From Candidatus Heimdallarchaeota archaeon (GTDB lineage Archaea; Asgardarchaeota; Heimdallarchaeia; Heimdallarchaeales; Heimdallarchaeaceae): a DNA stretch of 61,943 nucleotides. Position 1 is the stretch's first letter, and each line of letters begins with the position of its first letter. Location: contig DXJF01000159.1 in the NCBI GenBank assembly GCA_019057375.1, positions 1-61,943 on the forward strand, given 5' to 3'. This document shows, one piece after another, positions 10,529 through 20,481 of the stretch. The notes under the pieces were generated by a model, which saw nothing but the letters and a program-made list of their open reading frames with translations, was not told the DNA's origin and did no database searches. The position numbers and the translations under genes are program-made.

Positions 10529-10744
10529 ATGATTATGTCTGTTACTACTCGTAGGAAGAAGGACATTGAATTAGACATTAGAAGAATAACCGAATTAGAA
10601 CTAGATGGTGAGGATACTCTGAAAACACTTTGTCAACTAGTGGACTTCATGAGTAGTTTTCAAGATGATTCTGCAAAAAAAGAGATACGAAAAATTGATT
10701 TGTATCTTAGAGAAAGAAGAAACAGTAAAAGGTTGGCTAGATGA
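10529..10744 (+). CDS. Small hypothetical protein, translationally coupled to a nucleotidyltransferase (possible antitoxin)
   Basis: 71 aa charged ORF; stop overlaps the next start (ATGA). Confidence 0.55.
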   Translation: MIMSVTTRRKKDIELDIRRITELELDGEDTLKTLCQLVDFMSSFQDDSAKKEIRKIDLYLRERRNSKRLAR

Positions 10745-11307
10745 ATTCAGAAGAAGGGAATTTTGAACAATTTCTAAAAGACTTCATAAGAGCATTCAAC
10801 AAATCAGGGATAAATTATGTTCTAATTGGGGGAGTAGCAGTCAATTACTATGGACGACCTCGTTCTACACTTGATGCAGATATCATTGTAGAGAATAATT
10901 TGGAGAAGATAAAATTATTGGAAAAGTGTCTTGTAGATAGCAACTTTTTAGTCTCAGAAAATGAGATTATTGAAGCGGTAAATGAGAGGACTCATAGTTC
11001 AATTTTCTGGAACAAAGATATACTTCTGAGATTAGATATTAAAACTCCAACAAGACTATTAGAGGAAGAAGCATTGATTAATAAACGGAAAATAGAAGTT
11101 TTTGGTGAAGAAGTGTTCATTCAAATTCCAGAAGAGATAATCATAGCAAAACTAATCTATGGAAGTGATCAAGATCATGATGATGCTTATGGTATGATTC
11201 TTAGGTTAAAAAACCAACTTGATTATAATCTACTAGAAAGGTTAGCTAGAAGAGAGGGGGTTTTAGAAAAACTAAACATATTACTAGAAGAAAGTAAAGA
11301 ATTCTAG
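10741..11307 (+). CDS. Pol-beta-superfamily nucleotidyltransferase (DUF6036/AbiEii-like)
   Basis: LIGGVAVNYYGRPRSTLDADII; C-terminal EEIIIAKL...DQDHDD. Confidence 0.75.
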   Translation: MNSEEGNFEQFLKDFIRAFNKSGINYVLIGGVAVNYYGRPRSTLDADIIVENNLEKIKLLEKCLVDSNFLVSENEIIEAVNERTHSSIFWNKDILLRLDIKTPTRLLEEEALINKRKIEVFGEEVFIQIPEEIIIAKLIYGSDQDHDDAYGMILRLKNQLDYNLLERLARREGVLEKLNILLEESKEF

Positions 11308-11362
11308 TACTTCATCTTTTCTGGATAAATAAACAATTCTACAATAGTTTTAATAGCTGTAA

Positions 11363-12235
11363 GTGCATCGTAAATTCATGTTACATGTTTTTCTTGGTGC
11401 TCATTTAGATGATGCTGTAGCGAGTTGTGGAGGGTCTATAGCTAAACTAGTCTATGAAAGAGAAGATGTTCTAGTAGTAACGGTTTACACAAGACAACCT
11501 GATTTAAAGTCAATTTCAAAGAAATTTCATAAGTTTGCAATTTATGACCAAAGAAAGAAAGAAGATCAAAAAGCACTAGATAAACTAAGTGCTGATTACA
11601 AATGGTTAGATTTAGAGGAACGAGCTTACAGAACACCTTTAATTAAGAAACCAACTGATGTGTTCAAAATTAATTTGTCTGAAGGACTTAAGCAATTCTT
11701 GAATATCTCTGAGATACAAGCTGAACTGGAAAAAATATTTGAGAAAAATCCAAAAGCTAGAATTTATGCCCCTTTGGGAATTGGTAATCATTTTGATCAT
11801 GTTGAGGTCTTTCTTGCTTCCTTAATGTATATGGTCGATAACGCTCTTTTCGATAACTTCCAGTTTTATGTAGATTTTTATGGAATAACTAGTACGAAAA
11901 TAAGAAAAAAGCACTATCTAGGAAACAAAATAATAACTCGTGGAACCAAAAAACCTGAAAAATCAAGCATTAAATGTTATATGATCACTTCAGTTGTGAG
12001 CTCAAAGATTTCTGGACATTCTATAGATAAGATCCTTCCTTCTAGATATCTAGACATTGAGTGGGAGCTCAAAACAAACTCTATCAAAGGTTATGAAAAA
12101 CTTAAACTTTCAGCTCTTGAATGCTATGAATCTCAAGTTAAACTCTTTGGAACAAAAACATTAAAGAAATTTTTTAGCAGGCATCATAAAAATTGGAATA
12201 GTTCAGAATTATTTTTACATGCAAAAGTAATATGA
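11363..12235 (+). CDS. PIG-L/LmbE family deacetylase
   Basis: GAHLDDAVASCGG, NHFDH, YESQV. Confidence 0.8.
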   Translation: MHRKFMLHVFLGAHLDDAVASCGGSIAKLVYEREDVLVVTVYTRQPDLKSISKKFHKFAIYDQRKKEDQKALDKLSADYKWLDLEERAYRTPLIKKPTDVFKINLSEGLKQFLNISEIQAELEKIFEKNPKARIYAPLGIGNHFDHVEVFLASLMYMVDNALFDNFQFYVDFYGITSTKIRKKHYLGNKIITRGTKKPEKSSIKCYMITSVVSSKISGHSIDKILPSRYLDIEWELKTNSIKGYEKLKLSALECYESQVKLFGTKTLKKFFSRHHKNWNSSELFLHAKVI

Positions 12236-12403
12236 ACAGTTATAATTTTGATTTAAACACTCTGGATTATTCTTCTAGCTTGAAGTTTGAATAATTAGCT
12301 TAGAAGATCTTTGCTTAACTATGTTAAATTGGTAAAATCTAAACGATTTGGTAATAAATATTAATGTCTATAATTAGATAGCAATTAATCATTTGGTGAA
12401 GTC

Positions 12404-13429
12404 ATGACTATCAGAGGCCAAGAAGATATAGATGCACAGATTCTAGAAAAGATATGTCAGCTTTATGATATCTCTGTTAAGGATTTGAATTTCCTAGTTG
12501 CTATAGACAACAATTTTGTTTATGAATTTCGGAAAGATGATAAAAAGTATATCTTAAGAGGAGGTACACGACACTCTTCAGATCAGGTTCAAGCTGAATT
12601 GGAGTGGATCTTGTTTTTGCATTCCTCTGATGTAAAAGTATCCTTACCAATTAAATCTATGAACAATAATTATTTAGAATTAGTTCAATATAAAGATAAA
12701 ATTATCAATGCTATAGTTTTTGAGAGAGCTCCGGGAAAAGAAGTAGAATATCGGAATCCAGAAGTATGGAATGAAGATTTATGGGAAGAAATGGGGAGAA
12801 CATTGGGGAAAATGCATACTGCAGCTGTAATGTATAATTCTGAAAAACTAGAACCTAAACGAAAAACAGCTTTTGAAAGTGTTCATGCTGCATCTGAAAA
12901 CATCTTGAATCCTGAAGAAGACAGTATAATAATAAAGAGGTTTGCTGAGCTTAAGAAGAAACTTAATCTACTTCCAAGAGAGAAGAATGAATTTGGATTA
13001 ATACAGTATGATTTTCACGCTGATAATTTCAATATTGACAATGGAGAGATAATTGTTTATGATTTTGATGATTCTCACTATTTCTTTTTTATTTATGATT
13101 TAGCAGCTTGCATCCATGAGGCAGTGTGGGATAACCCTGATGAAAAGAAACTTGATTTTGCTAATCGTTTCATTCCCAGTTTATGGAAAGGGTATACTGA
13201 AGAGTTTATTCTTGATCGTAAATGGTTAGAGTATTTACCAGATTTTCTTAAATGGAGAGAATTTGTCATCTATGTAACATGTATAGAAACTTATAATGAT
13301 GAAACTACCCCAGAGAGAGATTTACCAATGTATAAGGAATTTATTGCAGAATTCAAAGAAAGAACTAAATCAGACGATCAAATTGTCCCAATACCTGAAG
13401 ATTTGATAAAGTGGTTTAAAGAATTTTAA
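12404..13429 (+). CDS. Aminoglycoside phosphotransferase/type II homoserine kinase-like kinase
   Basis: GRTLGKMH, Brenner motif QYDFHADNF, YDFDDS, YDLA. Confidence 0.85.
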   Translation: MTIRGQEDIDAQILEKICQLYDISVKDLNFLVAIDNNFVYEFRKDDKKYILRGGTRHSSDQVQAELEWILFLHSSDVKVSLPIKSMNNNYLELVQYKDKIINAIVFERAPGKEVEYRNPEVWNEDLWEEMGRTLGKMHTAAVMYNSEKLEPKRKTAFESVHAASENILNPEEDSIIIKRFAELKKKLNLLPREKNEFGLIQYDFHADNFNIDNGEIIVYDFDDSHYFFFIYDLAACIHEAVWDNPDEKKLDFANRFIPSLWKGYTEEFILDRKWLEYLPDFLKWREFVIYVTCIETYNDETTPERDLPMYKEFIAEFKERTKSDDQIVPIPEDLIKWFKEF

Positions 13430-13447
13430 AAACAATTATGAAGAAAT

Positions 13448-14152
13448 CTAAGGAGAATCATCCGTCTCCAATTTTATTTTCTTTCTCCTCTGTATGTTTA
13501 GAGTTATTGAAACTGTTATTATCCATGAAAAAATCGAAAATGCAACAAGCCACTCCAAGAAAGCTATAATTAAGAACCAAGGTCTTGGACGGATTAAAAC
13601 ATCATCTAAAGAGTCTTCAGGCAAGAAAATAAACAAAGCAAAAATTATAGCTACAAGCAGACCAAAAATACCTAGCCATTTAGGAAGAACTTTTTTCTTA
13701 TCAACAAAAATCAAAACAGAGAAAAGAATAACTGTAATCATCCCACCATAAAAGAAGCTCAAAGCTGATATAACATGTCCAGTCATAAAAATATCGTTAT
13801 CGAAATCCATTGGAAATATACCTACAAATAAAACACTGACAGAGGAGAATATTCCTCCCACAGTACAAAGCCATCCAAAAATAGAATTGTATTTTATTCC
13901 TAAACCTAGCATAAAAATGATTAAAGGAATTCCACCAATAATTAATCCCCAATTAAACAACCATGCAGTTTGGGAAACTGCTCTTTCTCCGAGTTCTGAT
14001 ACAAACATATTGAAAATTGAAAACGGGGCTCCAAGCGGGTCTAAATATATAATTCCTGTAAGCAACATTGCAAATACTGGAATGCCTACACCTACATATC
14101 CCCAAATAAAAACTGGGCTTTTTTCATAGAACTTATCCAATTTTTGACTCAT
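13448..14152 (-). CDS. DUF998 family membrane protein (second copy)
   Basis: FVSELG, FNWGLI, GIFPMD, GHVISA, LEW; ATG at 14152 preferred over the ORF-track start 14212. Confidence 0.75.
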   Translation of the reverse strand: MSQKLDKFYEKSPVFIWGYVGVGIPVFAMLLTGIIYLDPLGAPFSIFNMFVSELGERAVSQTAWLFNWGLIIGGIPLIIFMLGLGIKYNSIFGWLCTVGGIFSSVSVLFVGIFPMDFDNDIFMTGHVISALSFFYGGMITVILFSVLIFVDKKKVLPKWLGIFGLLVAIIFALFIFLPEDSLDDVLIRPRPWFLIIAFLEWLVAFSIFSWIITVSITLNIQRRKKIKLETDDSP

Positions 14153-14282
14153 ACTGAAATTATATTTGATGGTTAAATAAAAAAATTCTCTTTGTTCTTG
14201 AAACAAAAACAATATATTCCACTGATAGATTTAGTTTTCTCTTCTCATTCTTTCTCTTTTGACTCGTTTACTAATTAGCTCT

Positions 14283-15158
14283 TCAGGTTTTAAATGATTC
14301 ATAGCTTGAATACATTGTAACCATTACAGCACCCTTTCCTACTGTACAGACAATTACAGGCGGTAGGGTCCAGATTGTAACACTATTAACTTCTCTAATT
14401 TCTTTGACAATTTTTTCTAATTTCCCTACCTTTTCTAAGTCATTTGAATGAGTGATTATTATATCGTATTGAACATTTTTGCTAGTAATCTCTTTAATTC
14501 TCTTCTCTATCTTTTTTAGTGATCCGCCAAAGCCAATCCCTCCACCGAATCCAACTACACCTTCATCTAAGGGTACATCAAATAATGGTTTAAGATTCAG
14601 CAATTTTGTTAGTACTGTCATCCGAATATTTTTCTTTACTTTCCCTGTTCGAAAAAGAGTAGAGAAATCTCTTGATACACCAATAGTATATATGTACTCT
14701 TTCACTTTATCAAAAAAGTCAATAATTTCATGTCTGTTTCTCTTCTCTTCGAACATTTTCAGAGCATATATGGTAAATGGAGCTTGACTAGGACCAGCAA
14801 GTTGTGTAGGATAGAAGTTAAATTCTATTTCATCCTTCATTCTTTTAGCTGCAACTCTTGCCGAATTAATCTGATTTGATGTTTTTTGTGTAATAAAGGG
14901 ATATAATATTAATTCATATTTCTCCTCAACTGCATTCTTGAAGGCTTCTAAAGCGTCATTGGGAGAAGTTAAGCTAGTTGTAGGCACAAAATCCATCTTC
15001 TCAAAATTCTCAATAAAATCAAAACTATCTATCTCTGATAATTCATTTTGACTTTCATTTTCATCTAGAATTGACATCTCAAATACAGCAACATCATTCG
15101 AATCTAGAAATTCTTTTGGAATGCAAGAAGTTGAATCAGTTACGAGTTTTACTTTCAT
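14283..15158 (-). CDS. DegV family fatty-acid-binding protein (copy 1)
   Basis: MKVKLVTDSTSCIP, PTTS, LLNLKPL, IITHS, PPVIVCTVGKGAV. Confidence 0.85.
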   Translation of the reverse strand: MKVKLVTDSTSCIPKEFLDSNDVAVFEMSILDENESQNELSEIDSFDFIENFEKMDFVPTTSLTSPNDALEAFKNAVEEKYELILYPFITQKTSNQINSARVAAKRMKDEIEFNFYPTQLAGPSQAPFTIYALKMFEEKRNRHEIIDFFDKVKEYIYTIGVSRDFSTLFRTGKVKKNIRMTVLTKLLNLKPLFDVPLDEGVVGFGGGIGFGGSLKKIEKRIKEITSKNVQYDIIITHSNDLEKVGKLEKIVKEIREVNSVTIWTLPPVIVCTVGKGAVMVTMYSSYESFKT

Positions 15159-15430
15159 TGAAATCGAGATTAATAGTAAAAACAGCAGCATATAAATATA
15201 TCTAAATAAATAACTAAATGGCTAATTAATTATAAAATTGCGTTGGTGTTTTTTTAAAAAATTTGAATAAGAAATTTCACAAAAGTAGAAACAAAATTAC
15301 AAATGATTTAGAATTTCTTCTTAGCCATAAATGGGTTAGAATATCTTACTTAATATTCCTATTTTATTCTTGCTAGGTTTCTTGCTTCTTTTAAGAAAAA
15401 TTTAATATAACCCAGAAATAAAAGTAAAAT

Positions 15431-15841
15431 ATGTTGCATGTATTATTTGGCATTCTTCTCATAATTCACAGCTTAATTTTTATTATGTTTCTAGTTTATG
15501 TAAAACTACCTGAGGAGGAGGGATATTTTGGATGGTCAAGAAAATCATGGTTATTAGACAGATTCCTTGGTGAGAAAATAGTAAAGATTATTGGGTTTGT
15601 TCTCTGGGTATTAGTAATGGTTGGTTTCGTAGTTTCTGGAATAGTAATTCTCGCTAAGCATGAATCATGGAGAATTATTGACATTATCGCATCATTTATC
15701 TCACTATTCGCTTTTATTCTTTTCTGGAAAAATTTGGAACCAAAAAAAACATATTTCATTCTAGGCCCAATTATAGCCATCGTGAATATAATAACTCTAC
15801 TGATTAATAGGTGGCCTACAAACACGATCATCTTTGGTTAG
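15431..15841 (+). CDS. Hypothetical membrane protein
   Basis: Four hydrophobic segments; G..L..HSL and SWLL motifs. Confidence 0.65.
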   Translation: MLHVLFGILLIIHSLIFIMFLVYVKLPEEEGYFGWSRKSWLLDRFLGEKIVKIIGFVLWVLVMVGFVVSGIVILAKHESWRIIDIIASFISLFAFILFWKNLEPKKTYFILGPIIAIVNIITLLINRWPTNTIIFG

Positions 15842-15954
15842 GATGACAGAATTTGTTTTCAAAAAGAGGAAGTGATTTTTCTTTTTTATCATTAGATTTC
15901 GAGTTTGTTCAACAGTTTCTATAAATAATGTGAAACACTAATTTTTAATAATGA

Positions 15955-16782
15955 ATGTCATCTAGTCGAGCTATGAAGGAAAAGAATATCATTAAATTTA
16001 CTGATTCTGTTTGGGATTACACTCCTAGTGAAACATCTTCTCATATTTCTTTCATCAAACTAGACAAGTACCTTATTATGGTAGATACTGGAATGGATCC
16101 CTCCTTAACCAAGAAAGTAAGAGAATTTGCTGAATCAGAAACTGGTTTGAAAGTTAATTATGTTATCATTACTCATTATCATGGTGATCACACTTTTGGA
16201 ACTAAGGTGTTCAAAGATTGTGATATAATTTCAACAAGAAGTACTAAAAAAATTCTTGAACAAAAAATTGAGGGAGATTATAAAGATAAAGAAATAATTC
16301 TACCCAATATCACTTTTGATGGACAGTATGAAATAAAGGACGAGTTCAAAACAGTAAAAATCATAGAAACACACGGACATACTCAAGGGAGTGCGTTTGT
16401 CCATGTTCCCGAAGAAAATGTTATTTTAACAGGTGATTTATTATTTTCTGATATGTTTCCTTTTGCTGGAGACGAAACAGTTAATCCTTATCTCTGGGTG
16501 GATGCATTTCAAAAAATGATTGATTTAAATCCAAATATTGTCATACCTGGTCATGGTCACATTGGGTCAGTTAAAAATTTACAGAATGGTCAAAAGCTAA
16601 TTTCTGAAATGATAGAAATAGTTGAGAATCTTTTCAAGGAAGGACTAACCAAAGATGAAGTGCTTAAATATGAAAACTTACCTGAATTTACTAAAAGTGC
16701 TAATCAAAGATGGCTTAAGATGACTATTGATGCATTTTATAATGTAGTTGAAGAGAAACACAATTTGTTGAAGGAAATCTAG
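15955..16782 (+). CDS. MBL-fold metallo-hydrolase
   Basis: VDTG, THYHGDH, GHTQGS, TGDLLF, PGHG. Confidence 0.9.
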   Translation: MSSSRAMKEKNIIKFTDSVWDYTPSETSSHISFIKLDKYLIMVDTGMDPSLTKKVREFAESETGLKVNYVIITHYHGDHTFGTKVFKDCDIISTRSTKKILEQKIEGDYKDKEIILPNITFDGQYEIKDEFKTVKIIETHGHTQGSAFVHVPEENVILTGDLLFSDMFPFAGDETVNPYLWVDAFQKMIDLNPNIVIPGHGHIGSVKNLQNGQKLISEMIEIVENLFKEGLTKDEVLKYENLPEFTKSANQRWLKMTIDAFYNVVEEKHNLLKEI

Positions 16783-16931
16783 CTACTTTTTTTTGAGTTA
16801 TATTAAATTTTTATGATTGTGTTTTTTCGTAATTTAGATTATAAAAAGACATAATTCTAGAGTTTTAAATTTTTTAAATATCCGATTATTTGTAAAGTTA
16901 TAAGCTACAAAAAATTGCTAGAGGTACCAAA

Positions 16932-17837
16932 ATGCAAGAAGTCATCGAAGAACTTCAATTAGATCTACCCAAAGTTTGCATGGATATTGAGGATTTCATT
17001 AGAAAAACACTACAGAAGATGAATAAGGATGGCACAGTTGTTGGCTTAAGTGGAGGATTAGATTCAGCTGTAACAGCAACTCTAACAGTTCGAAGCTTAG
17101 GGAAAGAAAATGTACACTTATTTAACATGCCTGAAAGAGATAGTAAACCTATTCACAAAAAACATGCAAAAGAATTAGCAAATTTTCTTGGAGTAAAATT
17201 AAAGAAAAAATCTATTACACCTATCGTAAGAGCTGTCAAAGGTTACAAATTACTCCCTATAAGATTTATTCCTAGTAGGAGGCTGAGAGGTTTGTTAGTT
17301 AAGTTTGGAAGGTCTAAGCTGATTTCCAGAGAAGAAAGTAATCTACTTGAAAATAGGTTACACCCCAAAGCTGGTTCATGGATAGCTAGAGGTAATGCAT
17401 ATGCAGTTACAAAGCACAGAACAAGAATGGTTGTGTTGTATCAATATGCAGATGTAAACAATCTAATGGTGGTAGGTGCTGCTAACCGAACAGAATGGAT
17501 GACTGGTACATTTTCCAAATGGGGAATAGATCACTGTTCTGACATGATGCCTTTATTACATATTTATCGAAGTCAACTAGAACAAATAGCAGAGTATCTT
17601 GAGATTCCTTGGTGTATTAGATCAAAATACGCCGATCCTGATATAATGCCAGGAATTGATAATAAAGGGGAACTTCTTGGAAACTTTACATTAGTGGATC
17701 AAATACTAGTTGCTAGTGAAAACGGATTTTCTTCTGAAGAATTATACAATGCGTATGGAAAGATTAGTGTTCAACAGATTCTTACTTTGAAGGAGTATTC
17801 TAAACAGATGAGGGAATCCCCATATCATAAAAATTAA
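16932..17837 (+). CDS. nadE: NH3-dependent NAD+ synthetase
   Basis: PP-loop GLSGGLDS, AANRTE, TFSKWG; no glutaminase domain. Confidence 0.85.
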   Translation: MQEVIEELQLDLPKVCMDIEDFIRKTLQKMNKDGTVVGLSGGLDSAVTATLTVRSLGKENVHLFNMPERDSKPIHKKHAKELANFLGVKLKKKSITPIVRAVKGYKLLPIRFIPSRRLRGLLVKFGRSKLISREESNLLENRLHPKAGSWIARGNAYAVTKHRTRMVVLYQYADVNNLMVVGAANRTEWMTGTFSKWGIDHCSDMMPLLHIYRSQLEQIAEYLEIPWCIRSKYADPDIMPGIDNKGELLGNFTLVDQILVASENGFSSEELYNAYGKISVQQILTLKEYSKQMRESPYHKN

Positions 17838-17860
17838 ATTAAAAGAAAAAAGATCCAACA

Positions 17861-18697
17861 TCATCCTTTTTGTATAAACTGTTTCTTTTCTCTATATTTT
17901 CTTACAACCAATAGAGCGATGAACAGTATGAGAACTATTATGTTGAAATACCAGAAAAACGGACTTAAGTAATCAAAGAGATGACCTACAACTCGTATTG
18001 TTGGGAGTTCCAAAATATAAACTAGAAGTCTAATTAGCAATATACTACACACATAAGCAATCGCTGTGAAAATATATCTACGCCAATATTTTATTTCCTC
18101 AATCTTCTTTCGATGTTTCCTTTTAGCAAATAATCTAGGAAAGAAAAACCCAGTAGTTAATCTGTAAGAATTATATTCGTCTCCATATATTTTTACAAGT
18201 TTTCTCTCTTCCCTATCTGATATGATAAACAAAATCAGCGTAAATAAGGACCATGATAGAATTTCTCCAACCCTAATAAATGTATCAGCTGTCCAAGGGA
18301 TGTATAAAGATATACCAAGTGTCATCAATATCAAACCTAAATGCTGGGGGTGTCGGATGTACTTATATGGACCAGTTTGAACTAAACCAGTTTTTTTTAG
18401 TTTAGCTCTCGCAATGAGTACAACACCCCAAATAAACAAAACCAAACCAATTCCAAAAATCAAAAATTCAAAAACAATCAGAATTATCATTTGGTCATTA
18501 ACTGCAATTATCCCCAGAACCCAATTTTTATTTCCAACAAATGCAAATAACCACCATGAGGTAAATGCAACCGGAAACATCCAAACCATTGCAAATAAAA
18601 TTCCAGCAATAATAGGAGAATAGATCCACATTAATGTTGGAATCAGCAATATGATTTCTGCAACTCTAGATAATTTTCTTTTGGTTTCTTCTTTCAT
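17861..18697 (-). CDS. Isoprenylcysteine carboxyl methyltransferase/phospholipid methyltransferase family membrane protein
   Basis: GLVQTGPYKYIRHPQHLG, EERKL...YGDEY..Y; extra TM helices. Confidence 0.8.
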   Translation of the reverse strand: MKEETKRKLSRVAEIILLIPTLMWIYSPIIAGILFAMVWMFPVAFTSWWLFAFVGNKNWVLGIIAVNDQMIILIVFEFLIFGIGLVLFIWGVVLIARAKLKKTGLVQTGPYKYIRHPQHLGLILMTLGISLYIPWTADTFIRVGEILSWSLFTLILFIISDREERKLVKIYGDEYNSYRLTTGFFFPRLFAKRKHRKKIEEIKYWRRYIFTAIAYVCSILLIRLLVYILELPTIRVVGHLFDYLSPFFWYFNIIVLILFIALLVVRKYREKKQFIQKG

Positions 18698-18767
18698 ACT
18701 TTTCAAAGGCAATAAATACTAAATAATCTGATTGTGTATTTTTGGACACATCCTATTATTGCATTTC

Positions 18768-19412
18768 TTATTCCCAATGAGCATCAAAATCAATTTTCTC
18801 CACTTCTTTCTTATCATAAACTAGAAACCATCTGGATTTAACTTCAACTGGATGAAGTCGTAACCATAGATCATCAGGAAGATAAACGTGTACATCACAA
18901 TATTTGCATGGAACCAAACGATCCTTCCCATCTATAATTAACGCCCCTCCACATTGTGGGCATGTCAAGGCTATTCCACCAGTTATTGCTGGTTCACGAT
19001 CCTCCAATTTGTCATGCATTTGCACATTAACAAAGAAATCAGCTGTAGGTACCCTTCTTTTCAACCAACTAGGAGCTGGAACAATATTGGTTTCTTTGCC
19101 ACATTTCGAACATTTAACCTTTGACTCTTTATTCCTATCAACATTCTTCAATTCAAGTTTTTTTTCGCATTTACTACATCTAGGAACAAGTTCATAGACA
19201 CTCCATTTTGTGTTAAATAGGCCAAATTGCATCAAATTATAACTCTCTCCTTCCTTCATATCTGATACAATCCATTCTAAAGCGTCATATAAATTCTCCT
19301 TCCAATATTTAACTGGGACATCTGTGTCATTTTGACAAGCATTACAATGTACTTTTCTAACAGGACCTTGAAGCATAATTGAATTATCGCACTTAGGACA
19401 GGTTATACTCAT
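18768..19412 (-). CDS. Multi-zinc-ribbon hypothetical protein
   Basis: Six CxxC motifs (CPKC, CNAC, CSKC, CSKC, CPQC, CKYC). Confidence 0.7.
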   Translation of the reverse strand: MSITCPKCDNSIMLQGPVRKVHCNACQNDTDVPVKYWKENLYDALEWIVSDMKEGESYNLMQFGLFNTKWSVYELVPRCSKCEKKLELKNVDRNKESKVKCSKCGKETNIVPAPSWLKRRVPTADFFVNVQMHDKLEDREPAITGGIALTCPQCGGALIIDGKDRLVPCKYCDVHVYLPDDLWLRLHPVEVKSRWFLVYDKKEVEKIDFDAHWE

Positions 19413-19464
19413 TTCGAAAGCTGCAGAGTAAATATTAATTCACCAAGAGAGTAAAACGTCTTCT

Positions 19465-19593
19465 TCATAAAAACTTAGTGTAAATATTTAGTCTAAAGAG
19501 TGTACTTCTTTCAGAAAGAGAAGTAAAGTCAGCTGGTTCTATATCATCCTTGCAAGGATCCCATCCAAATAGCTTTTTAACCCCTCTCTCCAT
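19465..19593 (-). CDS. Possible 42-aa small ORF (MERGVKKLFGWDPCKDD...)
   Basis: ATG 15 nt after the CPBP gene stop, same strand; below the ORF-track cutoff. Confidence 0.25.
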   Translation of the reverse strand: MERGVKKLFGWDPCKDDIEPADFTSLSERSTLFRLNIYTKFL

Positions 19594-19608
19594 ATTCTTT
19601 GTATATCT

Positions 19609-20370
19609 TTAAAGTAGTAGGAAGAATGTTGTTATGCACATAATCAAATTGAATGAAGAATGTGCTAGAATTGCTGGTAATATACTCCCACTCTTTTTTC
19701 TACATACAGTGAAAAGTATAGATAAAATAAACATAAGTAGAAACCAGATTATTCCAGGACCTACTAGATACTGTAATGTTGTTCCTTCTACAATAAATCC
19801 AAAATGAAAAATATGAACTACTGCAAATGCAAAAGAGTTAACTATAGTTGCAACTTTTTCATTAGTTTTATCTCTGACTGCTTCATGAATCATTCCTCTG
19901 AAAAACAACTCCTCTCCAATAGGACTAAGGATTATTGAAGGTATTGTTGTCATAAAGAATACTGAAACAAAGGGCAGTATCTCCCTTATCTCTGGAGACA
20001 TTACTTGATTAATAATTGAAACATACCAATGCTCAACATTGGAAGTAACAAACAACACACCAATACCTAGAACAGCCAAAGCAGCTATCGCACCAATTAG
20101 AAAACCCCACAATAACCACATTGGTTTATCGATTTTCTTTATCCCAATACGCTTTCGCCCATATTTACTGAAGAAAGAAAAGGGCAAAAACCACATTAGT
20201 ATAAACCCTACCATTATTAGTATTCGGATTTTCTCTGGTCCAAAAGCTCCAAACCCTCTGACAAGAGCAAGAATGACATACAGAATAAGGATTACAATCC
20301 AAGGTTGTTTGAATATTGCCTGAATCTTTAGGTATAACAGGTTTTTTTCATCCTTCAGACTGTTCTCCAT
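19609..20370 (-). CDS. CPBP (CAAX protease/Abi) intramembrane metalloprotease
   Basis: GEELFFRG, FAVVH, AHSSFN. Confidence 0.9.
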   Translation of the reverse strand: MENSLKDEKNLLYLKIQAIFKQPWIVILILYVILALVRGFGAFGPEKIRILIMVGFILMWFLPFSFFSKYGRKRIGIKKIDKPMWLLWGFLIGAIAALAVLGIGVLFVTSNVEHWYVSIINQVMSPEIREILPFVSVFFMTTIPSIILSPIGEELFFRGMIHEAVRDKTNEKVATIVNSFAFAVVHIFHFGFIVEGTTLQYLVGPGIIWFLLMFILSILFTVCRKKSGSILPAILAHSSFNLIMCITTFFLLL

Positions 20371-20481
20371 GAAGAAATAATGATATGTTGGTATTTAAGA
20401 ATAAGCAATAAAAACTTGAAATATTCTTATGTAAAAACAAAAAATAATAATGAAAAAGAATTGGGTCTTGGGTTCAGCAGT

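Noticed and set aside
12404-13429. Aminoglycoside resistance kinase
   Set aside because: Motifs fit the broad APH/choline/homoserine kinase superfamily; substrate cannot be inferred
16932-17837. Split glutamine-dependent NAD synthetase (nadE plus the nitrilase at 41611)
   Set aside because: The genes are 24 kb apart and nothing in the nitrilase specifically indicates glutaminase function
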